Source: Amoebophrya sp. A120
Lineage: Eukaryota; Protista; Dinoflagellata
Assembly: GCA_905178155.1 (NCBI GenBank)
Contig: CAJINV010000010.1
Coordinates: 3,802,587 to 3,866,586 of the forward strand
Length of the DNA stretch: 64,000 nt
Direction of reading: 5' to 3'
The position numbers and the translations under genes are program-made. Shown here in pieces: positions 23,353 through 37,283 of this stretch. The notes beneath the pieces are model-generated. The model did no database searches, was not told where the DNA came from, and worked only from the letters and a program-made list of their open reading frames with translations. Each line of letters begins with the position of its first letter. The stretch's first letter is position 1.

Positions 23353-26300
23353 ATGGGCGCGTGGCAGTCCTCCCGAATAGTAAACAACTCATTCATTCCT
23401 TCGAACGGGGAACAAGCCAGAGCAGAGACAGAGTCAACGCAAAATCGTCGCGAGGACGAGAAGAACCAGTCTTACTTATCCTGAGGAAAAACGTACCCAC
23501 ACCAGAGTCAGGATGGGGATTTTGCAACACAAACCTAGGAGTTTTGGGAGTCACGCATGACAAGTTGCAGACTGTAGTGTAGTGCAGCTTAGCAAGGGAA
23601 GCCGCATAACAAATCCGTCTCCTTATCCTGTTTACAGCATTACAAGTTCCAAAACACGATGGGCAATGTCTCTCATGGGGATGCGCATTACAAATGCTCT
23701 TGTGCTTGCAAATCTGCATGACAACTCTGGGGTGGGGATGTTTCTACATATGATATTACTGCACGACCTACACGGATGAAGCCGCGGCGAGAGGAACTTC
23801 CGCCCAGAGCGCACCTGCACAGCAGACAGATGAAGATGGTCAGCATGATGAAAAACAACAAGCGCATCATCTGCAGTTTCAAGATCAACAGGCGAGGAAA
23901 AACTGCTATTCCTGCAAGGAGTCCTCGCAGCTACTCCTGCATAAGAAAAGTGATGGTGCGACGACGAGAAGATCTACTTCCACCGCAGAAGAAATTCATT
24001 TTCCGTCGCAAATACCAACAGCACACGCACAGAAGCAGAACAAGAAAAGCAAAATCACGATGGAGCAACAAGGCAGCCGGAACGTCGAGACCAGTTCTCG
24101 CAACTTCAATGCTGTTGAAGCAGGCGGCACCGTCAGCCTTACCGGCAGACCTACAAACTGTTCAAACTCTCAGAAGTCCCATGTCGAGTTGTGCACAACA
24201 AGAAGGTCCACCGGATGTAGGACAGCTAGCGACGTCGTTTCTTCATCATCATCGCCGCCGCAGAAGAAAAGGAGAATCAGTTGCGAGGAGGTGGAGGCAG
24301 CACGCAGTGGTACGGCATCTGCGGCGGGATCCAAAAGAACGACCGCTAGTACTACCCATGCTCTTGCCAGGCCAAGCTTTATGCGTGACGAGGACCTCCA
24401 CTTGCATCAAAAACACGACGACGAGAAGTTCTCCTCGCACAGAGAAAAAACAGCGTCGAAGCGAAATTTCGGAAGTACTACATCATGCGAAAATAACTGC
24501 AGCAAGAATCACGTCGAGACCACGTGTTATTTTCTTCTCGGAGCAGCTCCTGCAAATGATGAAGATCAAAATTACGACTGCGAAGATGAGGAAAGTGAGT
24601 GCCGCGGAGACGTCGTTGATCACGATCTTGTATCCTGTGCAAAAGTATCGTACTCGTACTAATCGCAGTCATGCAAGACAAATTTTTTTGTCAAACTAAA
24701 TCAGCATGAGAAATTCCATTTGTCATGCTGAGCTAATTTGTATTGCAATACTACGAGTACGATACTTTTGCAGTTCATATCTTGCCTACGAAGCAGACGC
24801 AGAGGGAGACGAGGCCGCGGGGGCAGAGGAAGAGGTAACAAGTACAACATTCATCGCTTCTTTTTCTGTTTAAGTAAAGTATTTATTGGAGGCATAGTGA
24901 TCTGCTTATGCGTTGAGAGGGAAAGAACGGAAGAAGCTGGGAGAAAGATGAAATTTGTAGACCTATTTTTTATATTTTCCAACAAGCAACTTTGCATAAA
25001 GTTACGAAATTTTGTGAAAACTTTCGTTTCGCTAAGCGTCAGAGTTTATCATGTCAAGATCCTGAGCGCTAATTCTAATTGAATGTATGATTGACCCTTG
25101 CCTTCAATTCTTGAGGTCCATCTCCATGTGGATCCGACAAACCAGATCCCATCAGGCACAGAAGAAAGAGATCACACGCAAAAAAATTTCGAACTTGCAG
25201 CACTGCAAAGATCCGAAAATCTTTCGCTCGGAATCACGAAGAGATCACGCTCCCAATGCCCTTCAGATCCGATGTTATTTTCCTAAAAGATCATCATGTT
25301 CATTTGATCCGGAGGTTTTTTGCAAGTACTTTCTACTTTTTCTGACTTTATTCAACTCTCCAGGCGAAGTGAAAAATCAAAATGTGGTAGGCCGCAGGCA
25401 ATAGTTTCTAAGGCTGGCAATCAGTTCGCTGTTTCAGTGGGTTGGAATTTTGTTCGGTGGAATTTCAGGCACACATTGAAATAGGGCCTATGTATGTTGA
25501 AGAAGTCGTGTACGATAGTGCAAATAGTACCGCAACCGCTGGAGTGCTGCTGTTCGCGTTGTTTTCAGTGTAGTACTTTCTGTGTAACCATAGACCACTC
25601 TGCGACAACACAAAAATAAGAACGAAAACGAATTAGAAGTAGAACCTGCATTTATCTATTCCTTCAGCAGTGATGTATCGTATGACAAAGTGCAGCCGAG
25701 TTTGAAAAAAGAAAAAGAAAAACTTATCTCCAGGACGAAAGCTCCGCAGCAGAGGACGACTCAATTATATCCTCCGAAGACGACGATAGTAGTTCCTCCG
25801 ACAGCTGCAAGAATACCTTTCACCGCCCTGTGATCATCGACGAGATAGCTTCCGGAAAAAAACAAGTTGACCACCAGCAGAACAACGCGAACAAGTACAC
25901 ACCGAAGACACCGTCTTCCTGCGCCAGCTACAAATCCTTTTCCTTTTCCTCCCCAATTTCCAGCATGGTATCCGAAGCCGGCCGCGTCGCCAACGCGGTG
26001 TCTTCGATAGTCAGGAAGCGCCAGTTGTCGGTTTCCAGCCATTCCTCCCAAAAAAGCTCGTCCAGTGGACGAGCTGCTGTGTCTACTCAACAACAGCAAC
26101 TACGTGGTCATAATATTGCAGCGAGAAAGATGAACGGGGAGAACAAACTTCTTCTACACGACAAGCAGCAGCATCCGAGAAGTTGTAGCTCTCTTCTGCT
26201 CCCCCAGAATGGAACGAGCGACGCCGGAAAGGAAAACAAGAGGGCGAAGAAAAAAAAGAACCGGCTCGTGTCAAGAATAAAAGCAACATCGAGCGGAGGT

Positions 26301-29300
26301 TTCAGCGGGGATCATCATGGGGAAGAAGGGAACGACGTCGAGATGGCAGCAGTTGGTGTATCAGGGCCGGATAGTACGGGTGAGCTGCAACCTCCGAGGT
26401 CTAGTACAACTGCAGGAGCTTCCGACAAGGCCGCAGAAGCCGTGGTTGTGGCAGCTGATCATGTTGTCAACAGGCAACTACAACATCATCAAAATCAGAC
26501 CGTAGTTCATACACCTGACGAGGCAGCAACAGGAATAAAGAAGGGTAAAAAGAGGAATAAGAAAAAGAACAAGAATATTAAATGTGGAGCAGGATCACAG
26601 CCGGGGAACGGAGCAAGTTCTGCTAGCGAAGATGAACATGCTCTTGACCTTATCCTGAGTAAAAACGTCCCCACACCAGAGTCAGGATGGGGATTTTGCA
26701 ACACAAACCTAGGAGTTTTGTGAGTCACGCATGACAAGTTGCACTCCGCAATGTAGTGCAGGTTAGCAAGGAAAGCCGCATTACAAATCCACCTGCTTAT
26801 CCTGGTTACAGCATTACAAATGCCAAAACACGACTAGAAACGCCTCTCATGTCGATGCGCATTACAAATGTTCCTGTCATTGCAAATCTGCATCACAACT
26901 CTGGGGTGGGGACGTTTTTACAAATGATAGACCTCCATGCTGCTGCTTCATATCAATTGCAAATATGTCTGGGTCTGGAAGGCGGCAACTTGTCATGGTA
27001 AATCTGAAGCATGCAAAAATCTGTGTTGCATGAGAGCCAAAAGCAGTCCACTTTTGCCCAAGTTGGAACGAAGTTTCTCATGCAGGATAGGCATGGCAGA
27101 GACCTCGCAGAGTCTGTCATGCTAAGTCCCGCATTCCAGACCTCATGGATCATGGAAAATCTGCATGACAAGTTTACTCTTTTCCAGACCCAGACATTTT
27201 TGCAATCCATACTTCAAAAGTAGCCGGTATTTCAGCTATGTTGAAGACCGCACCATCCTGTTCCCAGCTCTTACAAGAACTACACCCGAAATCTGCGGTT
27301 GATGAATCGAAAATACCTCTTCTCGATGAGGAACTCACCCAGTTCGGCGAGCGCGATACGAGCTACATGGAAGAAGTGATTTCCGAGCTGGAAGGTCATG
27401 TTGGGGAGGCAGAAAAAGAAATAAATGCAGAGGACCACCTGGTCCAAGCGCATCAGCAGCAGCCACGCGTGCTCCTTCCCCTTTCCTCCAAGAAAAAAAG
27501 GAGAAAAAGTGCAACTAGTACGCTAGACCACGAAGCAGGAGGGGAAACTGGAAAGAAGGAAGATGGGTCCTCGTTGTACACAACAGCTTCTAGTAGTACG
27601 ACTTCCGCTGGTAGTGCATCAACACCAGTCAACATAAGTGCACCATCAAATTCAAGTCCTCGGGTGATGAACGTAATAAACGAGCAAAAATCTTCGTCAG
27701 CACCTTCTTGTGCAACTACAACGGCAAGAACGGGGGAAAATTATAACTGTGCGACATCAAATACAAATTCAAATTCGAGCAAAAATAACCTCTTCAATCT
27801 GGGTCAAGAGAAAGAAGACAGCACCAGTTCCTCCACCGCGTCCACTTCTACCAGCCACGACGGCGGTCTAAATCAGCAGGATCTAGTACGACCCCACACT
27901 CACGACTTCCACGCGCAGAGGACCAACACCAGTGAACAGAGTCGTGAAAAGAACTCCAGTTGTTCACCTGCACATGGGACTGAAAACACAGAAGTGGGAG
28001 CAGGAGCACTTGGACTGGAACAAGCAAAAACGTCAAACAAAAATCCTTCGGCTCTGGTCGACGTGTCCTCCATCTCGCAAACCGCAAAAAACGTCGTCGG
28101 CTCTTTGTTGTCACCCGCTTTGACGCGGTGGTTGCAGCTTCGGGCTCCTTCAGACATCGTGGTCGGGCAGAATACTAAAACTGGTGCACCAGGGGCAGGA
28201 TCAAATTCACCTAGCGCGGCCGGGCAGCAACAGCAAGAGAAAGCGGCCGCTGGTCATTCCTCCTCCTCGACGGTTGTATCGAGCGCAACGCCAGATGCAA
28301 GTGCAGGGAAAACGGCACAGAGGACACCTACAGACACAATGACTTCAACTGACGCAGCACAGGACCAGGAGCGCAGCGCCGCGGCGAAGCCCGTTGAAAT
28401 AAGGACGAGCGCGCAAACTGCAAGCGCGAACAAGAGGGAACAGGAAGTAGCGGCGCCACAGATGGAAGTAGTTGCAGCACCTGCTAGTCCGGCCTTAGTC
28501 CTTCAACAAGAACCTCATGCTGTCAATAGTACAACCAAAACGACGACACTACACGAGAACAAGCAGCTGTTGAACAAGCAGAAAGTTTTGCGGCAGATCG
28601 GCGACTTCCCGCTACCGAAGGAGAGGTACAAAAAGTCCCCGAAGTGCAAGGTATCAACTGCAAAAATGTCTGGGTTTGGAAGAGTGGAACTTGTCATGCT
28701 GTTTTTGGACTCTAAAAAAATTTGTATTTCATGACCAGCAAGAGGAGTCAGTTCTTGGCACGCCTTGAGGGCATTTGTCATGCGTAATTAGCATCAAGAC
28801 GCTCTCAAAAAATCTGTGACGCTAGCACCAGCATCTGCATCACAGACCTGACGGGTCATGCAAAATGTGCATGACAAGCCCCGACTCTTCCATTTTTGCA
28901 CTTGATACAAGGAGTTCGTGGACAATTTCTTGCGGAAGCTCTATGGAAGCGTCAGGTTTGAAATCGTCAAAGTTGAAATAGTTTGTGATGCATAAAATGC
29001 AACCCACAAGATGCCTCTCTTGCAGAGTAGGCAAAAGCGGCAGATTGTAAGCCTGTTGAGGGGTAGAAATCGAGCTGCTACAGTAGCATGACAAAAGGCG
29101 TCTTTCTTACCGAAACAGCATTACAAACTGGATTTCGACTCTACTTAAATTTCTCATGCGCCACTTGAAATCTGGGTTACAACTTTCATCCATTTCATGC
29201 ATGACAAATCATTTCAACTTTGTCGATTTCAAACCTGACACTTCCATAAGCTCCTGAGCAACATCGGGAAGCCGTACAATTTGACGATGAAGCTCGGCAC

Positions 29301-32300
29301 GCAGCAGGACATCGTCCAGTTGCTAAAGTACGCCCACATGATATCCTAAGCAAACACGTCCCCACCCCAGAAGCAAGATGGGAAATCTGCTAGACAAATC
29401 CACCAGTTTTGGCTGTTGCGCATGACAAAACGGGTCTTGTAGTGTACTGCGTGATCCTGTGTAGTTGTACTAGCTAGCTCCGCAGCATCACAGAACTAGC
29501 CTACTGTGCTGATTCAAGCATCACAAAATCCAGAACACGACTACAAAATGCTTCTCATGTTGGGGCTCCGCATGAGAAACATTTTAAGCAGGCAGTTTTG
29601 CATGACACCTAATGGGATGTGAGGACGTTTTTACACAGGATACATGATCGTGCAGGACCAGCCCATGTTTTTGGAGCTGGAGGCGCCGATCAACATCGTG
29701 GGGGACATTCACGGGCAGTACCAGGACTTGATTCAGCACTTTATCAACAATGGGTTCCCCCCCACCGCGAACTACTTGTTATCCTGTGCAAAAGTATTGT
29801 ACTCGTAGTGATCGCAGTCATGCATTACAAATCTCGTTCCCAAGGCAAATCAGCGCGACAAATTCCATTTGTCATTCTGAGCTAATTTGTATTGCAATAC
29901 TACGAGTACGATACTTTTGCAGTTCATACGTGTTTTTGGGCGACTACGTGGATCGCGGGCAGCAGTCGCTGGAAACGATGTGCCTACTATGGATTGCAAA
30001 TATGTCTGGGTCTGGGAGAAGGCAAACTTGTGATGCGCATTCCAGAACACAGAAAAATCTCTCATGCATAGGTAGCAAAAGCTGCCCGCTTTCTGTCACC
30101 AAAATGGGGGATTTGTCACGCGGATTCGGCATTGCGGAAGCTTCTCGAAACCTGTGATGCCAGGGCTTCCATGCCAGACCTTCTGTGTCATGCAAAAACA
30201 GCATGACTCTTCCAGACCCAGACATTTTTGCATTTGATACCTACTGATGTGCTACAAAATCAAGTACCCGGAAAACTTCTTCATTCTGCGCGGGAACCAC
30301 GAGTGCGCCTACATCTCGAAGCTTTACGGTACTGGTCATTCTTTGTTTATGTAGTGCAAAAGTATCGTACTTGTATAGATGCATTACAAATTTGTTCCTC
30401 AGCATGAGAAATAAAATTTGTAATACTGATCTACCTCAACGAAAAGATTTGTTGCGATGCGATGAAACAAATGCAATACGAGTACGATGAAACAAAAGCC
30501 ACATTCACTGAATCTATCAGGTTTCCACGACGAGTGCAAGCGGAAGTACAGCGTGAAGCTCTGGCGCGAATTCACGCAGTTTTTCAAGTGGCTTCCCGTC
30601 GCGGCGACCGTGGGCGAAAAGATTTTCTGCGCGCACTATGCAAGAAAAAAACTGTGTAAGTGTAACTTTGTACTAATGCAGAACATGCAACAGAGTTACA
30701 CCTGTCATGCCAAACAACAACGAAGTCCTCTTTTCATGTGTGTTTTCCCTTACAAGCAACGCATGACAGGTTGTCGCTGTCATGTAGAGCAGCAAATTTG
30801 TGATGCTGCCAACCAAGGAAAGTTATGTTACACTAACACAGTTTTTTTCTTGCATACGCACGGAGGCTTGTCCACCGAGATGTTCACCGCGAAAGACCAC
30901 GTGAATGTCCCGGGAAACGACTCGGACGAGGACGATTTGTCGAACCTCAGCGACGAAGATTCGGATAGCAGCTTACGCATTGCAAAAGTATCGTACTACT
31001 TAGTATCTATAAATTGCAATACAAATTTCCTTAGCATGAGAAATCTGTAATGCAGATTTACCTCAAGAAAAAGATTTGTAAAAATGCATGACTCCGATTA
31101 ATTGTACGAGTCCGGTACTACTTTTGCACAGGATACAGGTCCCTCTCCGTGGATTTGGACGCCTCGGAGGCTGCGGGAAAGAACATGAACCACGCGGCAA
31201 AAAAGGAAGAAAAGAGGCAGGAATTGCTTTTAGCGGAAAAGGCCGCGGAAAATGCGGAGAAATTGAAGATGAAAAGCATGAAGAGACATCAAGTTGGCAC
31301 GACGACAGTAGTATCTGGAAATTCAAAGACGGAAATAGAGAGCGCAGCCGTCTGGCCGAGTTCCCCCGTGTCCCCGTTGCCGCAAACCAATGCCGCAGAC
31401 TCATCCCCTTCTGCCGGTGGATCTTCCGGGGCAGGAGCATCCTCTTCCTCTTCTCAAGGTTCTTCCGCTGGCGAGGAATTGAATGGAGATAGTACAGCCG
31501 GCAAAAAACGACCCACAAAGGCTGAGAAGAAGCGCAAGAAGATATCCTCCGTAAAAACATCCTCACACCAGAGTCAAGATGGTGATTTTGCAACACAAAC
31601 CTAGAACTTTTGAGGGTCACGCATCACAAATTGCAGTCCGTAGTGTAGTACAGGTTCGCAAGGCCAGCTGCATTAGAAATCCATCTGCTCATCCTGTTTA
31701 CAGCATTACAAATTCCAAAACACCACTAAAAATGCCTCTCCTGGCGATGCGCATTACAAATGTTCCTGTCATTGCAAATCTGCATGACAACTCTGGTGTG
31801 GGGACGTTTTTACTCAGGATAGAAGAAGCTTGCGGGAAAGCAGTTGGTGCAGCACGTCGCCGAATTGTTGATGGAAGACGAGTATCAATTGGAAATATGT
31901 CTGGGTCTGGAAGAATGCAGACTTGTCATGCATATTTTCCATGCCCCATGAGGTCTGCAATGCAGGACCTAGCATGACAGATTCTGCGAAGTCTCTATCA
32001 TGCCTATCCTGCACGAGAAATTTCCGCTCATGTTGATCAAAAATAAAAGGACAGCTTTTGGTGATCACGCAATACAGATGCTTGCGTGACCCACGGGACG
32101 CATCACAAGTTCCACTTTTCCAGACCCAGAAACTTTTGCGATGCATAACGAGCAGAGGAGACTGATGAGAGCAGCTTCACCTGCTGTTGATGCTGGGCCT
32201 TTATCTTATCCAGACGGCGGCGGGGTGAATATTAAATCTACTCCCTCGACGTCGGAAGAAGTAGGAGGGACGACGCGAACAGCAATAGCCGACGAAGATG

Positions 32301-35267
32301 AAGACGAACACAACTACGACAAGCCTTGTCCTAAGGGTTGGCGAAGGAAAAAATCCGTGATTCTTCCCGACTGCTTCTTCTACCAGAATGTAAAAACCGG
32401 GGAAATCCGGGCCGAATGTCCACCCTCGATTGTTGCAGTAGAAGCAGGAAATGAAGTAAAAAACGGTGCGGAAACTACTACTATTACACAAGGACCAGCA
32501 GGTGCGGGAGGTTCCACTACATCCCCAAAGATAAATCAAGAAAACGCATCTTCAAGTCCCTCTTCCAGCGAGGCGGAGCTGTCGCCCTCGTATCAAATGC
32601 AAAAATCCCTGGAGGTCTGGAACAAAGCAACTTGTCATGCTAAATCTGGATCATGTAAAAATCTGTGTTGCATGATCGCCAAAAGCTGTCCACTTTTGAC
32701 CTAATAGAGAGGCAGTTTCTCATGCGCGATAGGTATGGTAGAACTGTGACAGAATCTGTCATGCTATGGCCTACATGCCAGACCTCCTGGGTCATGGAAA
32801 ACCTGCATGACAAGTCTGGCATTCTTCCAGACATCCAGGGATTTTTGCATGTGATACCTCGCGGCTCGTGACGAAATTCGGAAACTCCTGCTTGACAAAT
32901 CTATCGAAAGGAAAAATCCCTCCTCCCCATATCAAAGTGGCAATCTGTGTTGCGGGATTTGCGTACACAAATCAGCTTGGTCTTGCAGTATAGTAGTGCA
33001 GGCAGATACAAAGCCTGGAAGGGGCTAGCTAGAGGTGGGCGCCCAGCATGGCAGACGTGTGCCCTTTTGGCGCAGCAGCATTACAAATCGCCTGCGCAAA
33101 GCGGCGAAAGCTCTGGCTTTGCTCTCTTGCAAGACAAACCTGATTTGTGACCACAAATCAGCAACACAAATTTTCAAAAGGATGCCTTTTCGATATGGGG
33201 AGGGGGGATTTTTCCTTTTGATAAAATCGCATGGAAAACCTGTCGGAAAAGAAGATTCTCACTAATTTCCGCGATTGGGTACTTTCTTATCCAGCGTCTA
33301 GGTGTAATTAGACTTACTCACATCAAGAACCAGCACAGCGGCTTGCTGTGGCTATACTATGAATGAAAAAAGTACAAGTAGTTGTTTTAGATTATCAGTC
33401 AGAACTGCCTGTAGATACAACCTAACCGCCGGAGGACGTTGGTCGTGTGCGGAAGAACTTTTCACTCTTCAAAAACTGTCTTTCACAGATCCACAAAGAG
33501 AAGCCCAGTCGGGAATCCGTGCTCGCCGTGCTCCACTACCTCCGAGAAACGCGATATGGGAGTGTCAGGATTGAAATCGTCAGAGTTGAAATAGTTTGTC
33601 ATGCATAAAACGGAGACCAGTTGGAGCCCAGTTCCCAATTGGCGCATGACAAATCTGGGTAGGGCCGAAATCCAGTTTGTAATGCTGTTTGGGTAAGGAC
33701 GGCGCCTTTTGTCATACTACTTTAGCAGCTCTTTTTCTACCCCTCAACAGGCTTACAATCTGCCTCCCTTGCCTACTCTGCAATACAGGCACTTTGTGGG
33801 TTGCATTTTATGCATCACAAACTATTTCAACTTTGATGATTTCAATCCTGACGCTTCCATACGCGACACGTCTCCTTAGACGAGCAGCGCGTCCTGCATA
33901 TCCTGAGTAAAAACGTACCCACACCAGAGTCAAGATGGAAAGTCTGCTAGACAAATCGGCCAACTTTGCTTGTTTCGCATGACAAATTTGGACGCGTAGT
34001 GTAGTGCTGTTTGAGCTAGTTCAGCAGCATTACAGATCTAGTCTCTCATGCTGATTGGAGCATGACAAATTTCAAAACACCTTTAGAAAATGCTTCTCAT
34101 GGGGCTCCGCATGACAAACATTTTAAGCATGCAGATTTGCATGACAACTATGGTGTGGGTACGTTTTTACTCAGGATACTGCAGTGGCAGCAGCTAGCGG
34201 AAGGGCTCGCCAATGATAGTAGTACAAGTAATTCTAGCTGCCAGGATACAAAAGCAAGAACCAAGACCAAGAGCACGAAGACGTTCTTGCAGCTCAAGAA
34301 CACCCCGCCTCCGCTCACCGCCCCGCTCCCCTCCCTCCCGTCGAAACCCAGCAAGATAAGGCAAATCATGGACCAGAAACTGCCGAACCGGCCGACCGAA
34401 ATCCCGGAACACGGCATGATGTGCGACATTCTGTGGTCCGACCCGGACCCCAACACGGTGTTTTGGCGGGAAAACGAGCGGGGGGTGAGTTTCTGCTTCG
34501 GGCAGAACGTCGTGGACGCATTCTGCAAGAAGTACAACATGGACCTGGTCTGCCGGGCGCACCAGGCGGTCTCCGACGGGTATTGGTTTTTCGCGAGGAA
34601 AAAGGTGGTCACGGTTTTTTCCGCCCCGGATTACTGTGGCGAAATGCAGAACGACGGGGCGGTGTTGAGCGTCAGCAAGGACTTGAGCTGCAAGTTCAAA
34701 GTGCTCAAAAGCAACCACCGGCAGGAAAGCATGATTCGAAGTACAGTTTGATACAATATTATTTTTAGGCGGCTCTGAAAGATGGTCAAATTTGAATCTA
34801 CGAAGACAAACTTGTCATGCGAAACAACCAAAGCTGGTGGATTTGTATAACAGATTTCGCATCTTGACAAACGATAATTCAGGTCTCCACGGGCGCCAAA
34901 CGCGACAGTTTGACATGGAGAAGCTGCTTTCCACAGGGGAACTGGAGTACCTTATGCATTGCAAATATGTCTCGGTCCTCTGGAAGAGTGCAATAAACTT
35001 GTGATGCGCATTCCACAACACACACAATCACAAATCTCTCGTGCATGAGCAGCAAAAGTTGCCCACTTTCTGTCACCAACATGGGGGATTTGTCATGCGG
35101 ATTAGGCATTGCGGAGCCTATGCCTACCTCTCGAAACCTGTGATGCTGGGGCTCCCATGCCAGACATTCTGTGATGTCATGCAAGAACAGCATGACAGAC
35201 CCGCCAGACATGTTTGCATTTGATACACCTCGACGAGCAGCCAAAGAAAAAGGCGAAGAAGATGTAG
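23353..35267 (+). CDS. PP1-type Ser/Thr phosphatase (PPP family) with long N-terminal extension and internal insertion; 18 introners plus 4 GT-AG introns
   Basis: Spliced motifs [54 protein letters not shown]; C-terminus [12 protein letters not shown] introns at 24835-25733, 30329-30520, 33279-33488 and 34741-34882. Introners start at 23477, 24631, 26651, 26951, 28652, 28942, 29342, 29780, 29988, 30637, 30974, 31543, 31883, 32591, 32902, 33555, 33899 and 34953. The link between the N-terminal part and the catalytic part is inferred from frame continuity. Confidence 0.88.
28942..29248. mobile_element. Introner family F (about 307 bp; TIR TATGGAAGNGTCAGG)
   Basis: TSD AGCTC. Other copies at 33555-33861 (CGCGA) and 42734-43039 (TTCTA). 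Confidence 0.88.
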
Positions 35268-37283
35268 TTCGCACCGGAGGTGTAGAAGCTGCACCCCGAG
35301 CTGCGACTTCTCATGCGGCTGCCTATTTTTTTTTTTATGCAAGGAAGAAAATAGAATATACGATATGGAGAAGTCTACAAAATCTAACGAGAAAATAACA
35401 GTTTTCTATTACCAAAGCCGAAGATGAAGATCCGTCTGTTACGGTCTTTTATGCCCAACAACATTCATCCTAAATGTCTTCACAGCGCGAGGAACAATGC
35501 AGAGAGCGCGTGCAGCAGCTCCGTGTGAGGTAGGCACTTCAGGTGCCTGGGCCATGTGAAGATTTTTTTTCATCTCACAGGGTCCTTCTAGCTCGTATAA
35601 GTCGAACGGATTCTTGCGCGCAAATTTATAAAATGAAATGCTGAAAGTGAAATTTTTCCAAGGTGACACGAATTATCGATGACGATGCGATTGACTGCTT
35701 TATTGCCATTGTTCACTTAGGCATGGAGTGACCTAGCAGGGGCTTTTACAGGCGGTTGGTGTTCATTCTGTGCATTAGTAGTAGTCTTTCAGTTAAGAGT
35801 CATCGTCCTCTCCTGTGATTTGATGAAAAAAGCAATACACTGAAACATTTTGTATTGTGGCAGGCAGAGTTGGAAGCAAGGCAGAGAGACCATCTCTGTC
35901 ATGCCCGAATAAATCGAGTTATTGTTTCCGCCCCTACTTGCGATTTCTCTGGCAGCTTATGCTTAACTTTATAATTTACTTTATAAATGTATTCTCGTTC
36001 GTGATGTCCGTCAGTCCAATGAAAATGGCAAAAGTGAATATTTAGATACCTTTCGCATGATTTCCCCTAGAGTACGTAGGTTCTTGGTCGACGTGCGTGA
36101 TGTTCTTCGTACAAATCCCGTTCGCATCATGGATTGAAGCTTTTCACACTTCGTGTATTAAATGTCGTTCTAAATGAGTATATTTTTTGCAGTTGCGGCA
36201 AAGCGGGGTCGTTGTACTTCTACACGCTCAGCATTGAAAGGGGCAGTAGGATACTCGTCTCAAATATTTCTCCTCTACCGTCGTCGTTCTGGGGGGTCGT
36301 AAACATCTGCTAGATAGAAGCGAATCGTCCTCCGTCGTTGTACACCGGAACGTCGCGTACAGAAAAACTGTCCATAAAGCTTTTTGACATTCGTTTTCGT
36401 AGGCTAGTATATATAAAGATCCTTGTCGTTTTAGTTGTTCGGGATGTAGTTCTAGCGCAGCAGAAATCGAGCCCGCAAGAACTGTCTGAATTTGAGTATT
36501 AAAAAATATGAGTATTTGTGGTACGACAAACAGGAAACTTTTTTTTCCTTCTCTGCCCTCACGGACTATAGACGAGAACAAGGAAATACAACGCAAAAAT
36601 CAACCAGCTCGAAGAGGATTTTTCTACCACGACATCGCCGGTCGTGTACTAAGTAGTTGTACAGCGAATCAGCGACAAATCGTAGCGAAAAAACAAATTA
36701 CAGCAAGCACTTCGCCTGCGAAACCAAGAACAAATCCAAAATCATGCCGATCCACAAGTCTACTACTTCCATTGCGCGCGTCGCAACGACTGCCGCCCTT
36801 GCGGTGGTCCCCCTCGGGGGGGGGGGGGTGTTTTCGGAGCAAAAATTGGTCCCGCGGCTGCTACGCATGAGTGGGCCGGAAGCGAGACTTCCCCGGCCGG
36901 ATTCACGGAAGTGGACCGCGTCTTATGGACTGCGAATTTTTAGGGCTGCTACCAATCTTGCTCTGCAACTACTGGAAGATTATCTTTGGTACTAGAAGTG
37001 TATATGCTTAGGTCGCAAGAACTACCCAGGAGTGAGCTCTCAGCTCTGTGATGCATGTTCTTCCCCAAGAATGATTGCACGGTCGTGCGCCGAGCTGCGT
37101 GCCACTCTGACACCACGACAAACCGCTCAACGTCAATCTGTCATGCTTGGAAATCTGTATATTCGAGTTTCGTCACGATCATCTTCATCCACGAATCAAT
37201 TAGCATCGCATAAATTTTAAGAATTTCAAAGCAGACCTGGGCAGCAGCTTTATTGCAGTGCATACGTGCGTCGCGCTGCGAAC

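Noticed and set aside
23776-24699. 307-aa ORF
   Set aside because: Alternative frame overlapping the PP1 N-terminal exon; the spliced frame is the one containing MEQQGSRN.
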